From positions 324,508,001 to 324,572,000 of the forward strand of contig OZ024743.1 of assembly GCA_964016885.1 (NCBI GenBank): 64,000 nt of DNA. The letters run 5' to 3'. Source of the DNA: Eledone cirrhosa. Its lineage: Eukaryota. Below, one piece after another: positions 55,668 to 64,000 of the stretch. Positions within the stretch are counted from its first letter, which is position 1; each line of letters begins with the position of its first letter. Below the pieces are notes generated by a model, which was not told the origin of the DNA, made no database searches, and saw only the letters and a program-made list of their open reading frames with translations. The translations under genes were made by a program, and so were the position numbers.

Positions 55668-57249
55668 TTATGTTTTCAATTTCTTACAGCACAGCTATGA
55701 TGTTTTAGAGATTGAAGAAATAAACACCGGGTAACCACTACTCTAAAGAGATGATGTCCGTTATTTTCGAAGATTTTAAGCCTGTACCTAGAAGTGTAAT
55801 CAGACGGTTAATTCAATAAAGTATTGGAAAAGTTTGATGGCGTGTAGTCATCCTAAAGTGAATGATCATAATGATAATTCACCACTATAAATAATTATAT
55901 TCCTGGAGGTCGGTCAAATTCGTTAATCCTTGCGCTAAACAAACGCTGGCCCCAATACCATTTCTTGTTATTGGAATATTTTAATCCTTTAGCTAGAGAT
56001 TTAAGCAATCTGTTGACATAAGAAGTGTTAGGACAACTACATTTCAAATGTTCCCAATGCTTTCTTAGTCAACCGCCACGGGTTTAAAATCTAAAAAAGA
56101 CGTAATTAATTGCCAGCGACTCTTTACCATAATGGTTAACGTTTTCGCCCAGCGTCCGAGAGATGAGGATCCGATCCTTGTAGGCGCATATGTATATTTT
56201 TCTTCGTCTCCAGGAGTAGAGAAAGTCGACTAAATCGACCCCAGTGCGTTACTGGTACTTTATTTTATGGACCCCGACATGTAACATTTGCTCCTGCTCT
56301 TTACATTCTGAGGTCAAATCTCGCCGAGTTTAGGTTTGCTTTTCGTTTTTACGGGGTCAATAAACTAAAGTCCCAGTAAAAGACGCTTACACAAGATGCC
56401 ATAGAGTTGGATCGAACCTAGGACCTTATAATTTCGAAGCAAACTTCTTAGCCATTCGGCCATGCTGCGTCCACAAATATATTTCAATAAATGGTACAAA
56501 GTTACAATATCTGAAGAGATGTAATTATGAATGGCAGCGAATTAACTGGGTTGCTAGAGCGTCGGCTTAAATGCTTTACTGTATTTGTTCTGGCTCTCTG
56601 CTCAAATGCCAGCAAAGTCAAATTTGCCTTTCATCCTTTCGGGATCGATAAAATACCAGTAAAGGGAAATATTTTGATAGAATTAAGTGAAGGCGCATGG
56701 CTTAGTTGTTAAGGAATTGGATTCGTAATCTTGAGGTTGCGAGTTTGATTCCCGGACCGGGTGATGCGTTATGTCCTTGAGGAAGACACTTTATTTAACG
56801 TTGCTCTTTCTGTCAGGAGTTGTGACCGGTAGATAGTATCAGCAATAGAAAGACCAACCGAAACGTTGATTCCTTAGTCTGATTTAACAAGCTCCACCCC
56901 ACTAGCCAAGCGAATGAGGTTTGGGATTTTGTCGATCGTAAAAAAAAAAAAAAGAATTGTTAAAATAATGGACGAGATGTTTATGGTATTACTAAGAATT
57001 CTGAATGTTTAATTCCGCTTAAGGAATTAAATCCCATGGTTGACCAGGGCTGATCACTTGACCAAGGAACTACAACTGATGAAAACTGCAATGGGCGAAT
57101 GAGGTTTGTAGCTTTCTGCAACAGCAGTCGAACAATGCTGACGATGATGAATAAATACCTCAAATATATTGAGAATGGCACAAAGATACAATAACATACG
57201 TCAACACGCCATAGTAGCTTTTAATTTAGACACAAAAATCGATGTATAA

Positions 57250-57770
57250 GACAGGGGAAGTTGATCATATCGACCCCAGTACATGACTGGTACTTTATGG
57301 TGTCGGTCCTGGAAGGATGACTGGGTTTTTTAACTTATAGTATAAAGCCAGAAATACAGCAGAGAGGAAAAGTCGATAAATCGACCCCAGTGTTTGACTG
57401 GTATTATATTTCATCGAATACAGAAGGATAAAAGGTAAAGTTGACCTCGCCTAATTTGAAAACGTAAAGAGCTGTAAATAAATGCCGCAAATTATTTTCT
57501 CTGATATACAAACGATTCTGAGAATTCACCGTCCTCTCGCTAAAATATAATAAGGATTTCTAACTGAGGCACAAGATCAGCAATTTGGGGGAAGGGGAAA
57601 GCTGGTTAAATTAACTACATTACTTTACTGGTACTTTGTTTTATCGATGCCGGAAAGATGAAATGTAAAGTTGAACTCGGCGGTAGTTGAACTGAAAACG
57701 TAATGAGCCGTAGCTATTTCGTAAAGTATTCTGTCCACTGTTCTAACGAGTCTACCAATCCACCGCCCTC
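57250..57770 (-). mobile_element. Cluster of three old SINE family 1 variants
   Basis: Repeated ATCGACCCCAGT..ACTGGTA and GATGAAAxGTAAAGTTGA motifs. Confidence 0.65.
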
Positions 57771-57984
57771 ACAACAAGACTAATAATGAATGCACAACCG
57801 GGAATACTGCACCAAAGTCTGAGAATATGGTAATTGGAACTCTCTGCATACAAAAATCAATTTCTACTTCTTTTACTGTAGCACAATTTAAAGTAATATT
57901 TAGACAAAATTGGACAGATTTGTATCATGGTTGTAACACCATGGAAACTACCACTACTACTGCTACGAATACAACTACTACAGC

Positions 57985-58019
<35 letters not shown>

Positions 58020-58031
58020 AAGCTGCTGCTT

Positions 58032-58085
<54 letters not shown>

Positions 58086-58096
58086 TCATTGCAACA

Positions 58097-58700
58097 TAAT
58101 CAGAGATTGCTCAGTATATCCCTAAACTCCTTTCTTACCAGTTGCTTGTTCATCTGTGATGATATGATCCTAGAGCAATAGGTTCAGACAGGCTGTATAC
58201 ATTTTATACAATAAATTCTGGGATGTAATCGATCGGTAGTTTTTCGCAAATTTTATTTGTTTTGGGGTACTAATCATGTCCCTGCCAGTACCAGCCAGCT
58301 TAGTAATACGTATATCTCCCTCGAGAGGCTGCTAGTAAAGATCGATAAGATATATCCAATAGAAAGTCAGTTTCTGGTAATCAAGTCTCTTCTTGGTGCT
58401 TTCTTATCCTCACATTTTCCTATACCAATCTAGAGGGTGTCCACACTGATACTGTATGAATTCGATGTAATGCAGGGACAATAGTTCCTTCGTCTTTCTT
58501 TTAGCCACACTGCAATTTGGTTAACCTCATTTTCGTTACCCAATATTTTTCTCTAGAATGAAGTCGTGTTTTTCTGGGACAGAGATTCTGTGACCTTTAT
58601 TGATTGTCTCCTCATAAACTTGCACGTTAGTTTCACGAGAAAGCTGTTCCGTTTTCCAATCAACTAGAACACTCGTCCTCCAAACCGACGGTTGTCCATC
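58097..58700 (-). pseudogene. Decayed R4/Dong-like LINE reverse transcriptase fragment
   Basis: KNYRSITSQNLLYKMYTACLN..IITDEQATGKKGV*GYTEQSLI resembles NYRPITCL..YK..EQxGxKKGxxGCxEQLLI. Confidence 0.65.
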
Positions 58701-58702
58701 AA

Positions 58703-58858
58703 TATATATATAAATGTAAGTCCAAAGAATCATTAGATAAAAGATATACTTATAGCCTCGTTTAAATGATTTTTTATGTGGTTGATTTATACTGATTGGA
58801 GAGGAAATACTGTATATATTTTATCTAATGGTTCTTTGGACTTACATTTTTATATATA
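58703..58858. repeat. Fold-back element, ~45-bp arms
   Basis: AATGTAAGTCCAAAGAATCATTAGATAAAA / TTTTATCTAATGGTTCTTTGGACTTACATT. Confidence 0.7.
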
Positions 58859-58978
58859 GCTCTGATTAATAATTATTTAATTAATTCTTCATTGAGCCAC
58901 ACCGTGAATGGTTGCCAAACTCATATATGTATCTGTGACTCTGTCTAATTATATATATATATATATACCCTTTGAATT

Positions 58979-59018
<40 letters not shown>

Positions 59019-59019
59019 T

Positions 59020-59363
59020 ACGTTTTTGAATTTGTTTTGCAAGATTTCTTATCTGAAAACGTATGTTGAAACAGATATTGTTATATTTTGGGAGGGTCAT
59101 GCTGCCAATAAAAACACACGCACCTGTTGGTTTTCACTTCAATTTCACACAACACACAAACACAAGATGGTGTAGGACATGACAAAGGAGAGACACAAAT
59201 AAAAACGCAGTCACTGAGGAGGTCACAGAATATGTGACGAAAGAGCTTTGACAATATATAAACAACCATCCGCTTATCGAACAACCAGCCGGAGATTTTT
59301 AATAAATTGAAGTGAAAAGCAACAGGTGCGTGTGTTTTTATTTGCAGTATGACCCTCCCAAAG

Positions 59364-59366
<3 letters not shown>
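59020..59366 (+). mobile_element. Family G solo pseudo-LTR with 5' inversion and minimal hammerhead (59210-59252)
   Basis: GUCA-CUGAGGA-G-GUCACA..UGUGAC-GAAA-GAGCUU-UGAC, homologous to 62560-62880. (TA)n flanks. Confidence 0.8.
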
Positions 59367-59414
<48 letters not shown>

Positions 59415-59505
59415 GAGTATATGTTGGTTGTGTACCAACACCTCAGTATGTAGATTGGAGCACTTGACGAAGTGCGCAGTTTGGTTTGGTTACTTCGGAG
59501 TAATG

Positions 59506-59955
59506 TAAAATAAAATAAATAAGTCAAATGTTAAAAATTTGGCTTCATTTATTACTGATATATATATATATTTCGGTGACAGCCATCTTTGGCTGTGACC
59601 TCTTCAGGCAGTCCGAATTAGTGTGGTAGAGACGAGTACACATGTTGTTGAGGTGTTTAACTTTCTCTATACTCTGATATGCCCAGTTCCTGAGTTGTTA
59701 TTTCACTGAGGAACTGGAATATATATCATATATATGATTCCAGTTCCTCAGTGAAATAACAACCCAACCAGGAACTGGGCATATCAGAGTATTGAGAAAG
59801 TTAAACACCTCAACAACATGTGTACTCGTCTCTACCACACTAATTCGGACTGCCTGAAGAGGTCACAGCCAAAGATGGCTGTCACCGAAATATATATATA
59901 TATCAGTAATAAACGAAGCCAAATTTTAAACATTTGACTTATTTATTTTATTTTA
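59506..59955. mobile_element. Fold-back element with ~215-bp arms, each carrying a hammerhead (59849-59907 plus, 59553-59613 minus)
   Basis: ACUGC-CUGAAGA-GGU.ACAGCCA..UGGCUGU.ACC-GAAA-(UA)n-UCAGU. Confidence 0.75.
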
Positions 59956-60515
59956 TATATATATATATGTATCACATCCGCAACAACGCAGCACGCCATT
60001 TTTCATCCCTATAATTTTTTCCCTTCACTTTGACCTATGTCTTTCTGCTTATCCTCTTTCTCTCTCCCCTGTCTCTCTCCTTGTACCTCTCTCGGCTAGC
60101 CTCTTCCTCACATTTTCACTCACTCACTCTCTGCTACTCACCCTCTCTCACTCCCATCCGTCTGACCTGTGTGAAATTCTTTTCTCGCTCACATTTCGCA
60201 TGGCTTGGATGCGTCTTTTGTCTTCTCGTCAATGATTCGCCGGATCTTATGTTCACTTGTATCACTGACTTGATTTTTCACCCTTTACTTTGCCTTACCA
60301 TTCTGGTTTGTTTACATGTCTCTCTTTCTCCACCCAATTCTTTTTATCCCAATAACTTTATTTAGTTATTGCTCGCGCTGGCCTGAGGTATATCATCTTT
60401 AATGCGAAGAAATACCTATGATGGCCAGAAGATCACTGATGACGGATAGTCCTGGCTTCTTACTCTATTTTTTAATTTATATATATATATATATTATATA
60501 TATATATATATTCTT

Positions 60516-60669
60516 TATTATGGCTAAGGGATGAGTTTTGTTACACTGACGTTTCACCTGTGTACTCACAGGATCATCAATAAGATATACACTTGTCTTA
60601 TCTGATTGCCTGATGATGATCTTGTGAGTATACTACAGAGTAACAAAACTCATCCCTTAATCATAATAA
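60516..60669. mobile_element. Fold-back element with minimal hammerhead (60545-60583 minus)
   Basis: Minus strand: UUGAUGA-U[CCUGUG-AGUA-CACAGG]U-GAAA-CG-UC-AGU. Terminal arms are about 30 bp. Confidence 0.65.
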
Positions 60670-61040
60670 TTGTTTCTACTTTTGGCACAAGGCCAGCAAT
60701 TATCCCAGTGTATTACTGGTACTTTATTTAATCGACTCCGTAAGGATGAAAGGCAAAGTTAACCTCGGCGGGATTTGAACTCAGAATGGCAAGGGCCGTA
60801 ACTCTATGCTTGGCGTCCGACCCTCTACCGATACTGCCAATCTCTTAATCATAATAATGAATATTTTCAGTATCGGTAGAGGGTCAGACATTCTTTCCAG
60901 CACAGTTACATCCCTTTACGATCTGAGTTCAAATCCCGCCGATGTTAACTTTGCCTTTCATCCTTACGAGGTCGATAAAATAAAGTACCAGTAATGTACT
61001 GGGTAATTGCTGGCCTTGTGCCAAACGTAGAAACAATTAT
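60666..61040. mobile_element. Head-to-head inverted pair of SINE family 1 (60666-60840 minus, 60868-61040 plus)
   Basis: Two near full-length copies about 27 bp apart. Confidence 0.85.
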
Positions 61041-61058
61041 TAAACTCTACTTCGAATA

Positions 61059-61136
<78 letters not shown>

Positions 61137-61319
61137 ACACAGTAAAGAGAGACGAACGCAGATATATATATATATATATATGTTCAAATCGTAAGGGACA
61201 CAAACCGACAAGGTGAAGAATATACTGACAAAAGATAATACGGATGACAGAACTCAATTAAAAGGATAAATTAAGACATACGAACCGACTACGATAACTA
61301 TATATATATATATATGTGT

Positions 61320-61383
<64 letters not shown>

Positions 61384-61512
61384 GTGTGCGTGTGTGTGCG
61401 TGTGTGTGCGTGTGTGTGTGTGTGCGCGTGTGTGTGTGTGTAGTGCAAATAACTTGGTAGAAATATCCAAGGTGTAGAGCATCTCAAGTCCCTAGGGCGA
61501 GTTTTAATATAA

Positions 61513-61686
61513 TTATTAAGGCCAGTTACTACAAAGGTACGATACCAGGAATGTACCTTTCGCTGGAGGACCAACTCTTTCAACCTGTGCCAGTGGAAAG
61601 ACGGCATGAGTTGAAAAAGTTGATCCACCAGGCCAACGGAAAGTACCTTCCTGGTATGGCTCTAATATAGTAACTGGCCTTAATAA
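61513..61686. mobile_element. Fully palindromic ~174-bp MITE-like hairpin
   Basis: TTATTAAGGCCAGTTACTA..ATACCAGGAA..CAACTCTTTCAAC pairs with GTTGAAAAAGTTG..TTCCTGGTAT..TAGTAACTGGCCTTAATAA. Confidence 0.75.
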
Positions 61687-61755
61687 CTATATTTTTTTTC
61701 TTCTGGCAATATTATAACAATATGACCCTCCCCGAATATAACAATATGTATGTAT

Positions 61756-61950
61756 GTCGGTTCACGCTTGAGTGCTACTGGTAACATGTAACCCAGTACA
61801 ACCTGCCACATGGTCGGGTCGTCGGCGACTAAACCAGCAACCACACCAAGTTTACTTGGTGAGGAGAGTGATTTTGGACTCCCTGCAGGACAAAAAACAA
61901 AACTTGACAAAGGGCGGAAGAACTCGTAAGAGTCAACGGCCATCCAAAAG
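61756..61950 (+). mobile_element. Family D (RTE-like 5' end) copy
   Basis: Reverse-complement similarity to 3990-4184. Confidence 0.6.
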
Positions 61951-62069
61951 TGTGTAAATATGTATATACACATGTACATATGTATGTATATGTATATGTG
62001 CATATACATTGGTGCATATACATTGGTGCAATACATACCCTTTTCAAAGACCTCCTGTATAGATAAGAA

Positions 62070-62435
62070 ATGTATAATCTGTAAACTAAGCCCCCATATT
62101 AACTGTAAAACTAGAAACTATATAGCATAAGATGTCCTGAAGAACAATGTAGAGATAAGAATATAGTGTACATAAGTAAGACAGCTCGTAGTATAGGAGA
62201 ACGGATAAATGAACACTGGCGAGAGCTTCAAGATAGTAAAGAATCATCTGTACTCTACCAACATGTTAAAATAGAACATAAGGGTAAATTAAAGAACATA
62301 GAAATAAAAATAGAAACTACACACAGAAAAGACGCAATGTTTAGACAAATCACAGAGGCAATAAACATAAATGAACTCCAACCAAAATTAAATAGAAAGC
62401 ATGAATGGAATAGCAACATCACAACTTACAATTAA
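62070..62435 (+). pseudogene. PLE C-terminal GIY-YIG endonuclease fragment (family G)
   Basis: NCKTRN..YSIRC..QC..VYISKTARSIGERINEH..SVLYQH..EH..RQITEAINI..LNRKHEWN*. Confidence 0.85.
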
Positions 62436-62980
<545 letters not shown>

Positions 62981-64000
62981 GCTTGTGTATATGTGTGTCA
63001 ATCATTCTTTGTCTACTTGTGATGTTGTAAGATGGTTTATATTTTCAAGATGTCCTAGAGATCTTTGTATTTCTATTCCTTTACATTTTAGATAATTACT
63101 TCCGCTCTGCCACAGATATTCTGCCATGGTTTTCCAACCTAATTGAAATATCTAAGAGAAGACATTCTCGTTTTTTTTTTCCTCAGAAGATCCTTAAACA
63201 GAATAACAGATCAGTTTGGTTTATATTCTCAATCACTGAACAGCAGCTTGTTACATGATTAGACATTCACTTTTTGAAATTATTATGGTGTGTGTTTCTT
63301 CCCCATTTCCCAGGGGATAAAGTAATATTGGTAAAACTTCCTTGTGTCTATGAAGCTTTTAACTTTATTATGTCTGTACACATGATGGTGATGGATCCTC
63401 CAACGGTATCGACGATGAGCATTCAGTTGTTTGATCAACTGAACGTTCAACTTGTAAATTATTGTCTGCGGCTGAGTATTCGACAGGCATATGTACCCTT
63501 AATGTAAATCTCATACAAAAAAAACCAGCGGTCACACTATGGGACAAGGCAGGACCTTTGAATTACTATTAGAGTCTAATTGACGAGCTTCCAAACAGTC
63601 TCCCTCTACTTAGTTTCAATGACAAGCTTTGGTTCGATCCAAGGTTATGGTAAAAAAACCTCTTATGCAAGATGTCACACAATGGGATCGAATACGGGAC
63701 CCCATGATTTCAAAGTGAACTTCTTCACCACTCAGTCATGCTTGTGTCTGTGCGTACCCTCGGATCTTAAATAATAAGGTGGGTGGAATAAGCGGGGAGG
63801 GGGAGTAAGAATCGGTAATTTTTCTAAGTTATCTCTGTTGATTTAAAAAAAAACAACAGAATTAGTCGTTTCGTTTATATATTGGGTCCCCAACCCACCC
63901 TATATATTTTATAACATATGGGATTTCTTGAAATGTACTCTTTTGTCATGTATAATATATAAATGTTGCTACTTTTGGCACAAGGCCAGCAATTATCCCA

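Noticed and set aside
56980-57190. Possible RTE APE fragment (DENCNGRMRFVAFC)
   Set aside because: Only one short motif-like match with stops nearby, too weak to call.

Overview
This is AT-rich, microsatellite-saturated eukaryotic non-genic DNA. The SINE families and (TA)n/(CA)n/(ATGT)n load suggest a cephalopod such as Octopus, which is an inference. I found no intact host gene, and almost all ORFs in the track are microsatellite or satellite artefacts. The recognisable coding remnants are all transposon-derived: a near full-length decayed Tx1-clade LINE with a tandem 5'-truncated copy (both sitting in GATA repeats), a Penelope-like element (PLE) RT, two PLE GIY-YIG fragments, and CRE, R4/Dong and hAT fragments. 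The window also has non-autonomous Helitrons, MITEs, many tRNA-derived SINEs, a 13-bp minisatellite and a 4.6-kb ~88-bp satellite. The most striking signal is about 20 type-I hammerhead ribozyme motifs (intact, degenerate or partial) from roughly ten sequence families. They lie in short non-coding elements that are embedded in (TA)n tracts and usually carry a fold-back inversion. The best example is a ~525-535-bp family present as head-to-tail units, whose hammerhead shows a compensatory base change between subfamilies (retrozyme/PLE pseudo-LTR-like). All coordinates were read by eye, and repeat boundaries are approximate.
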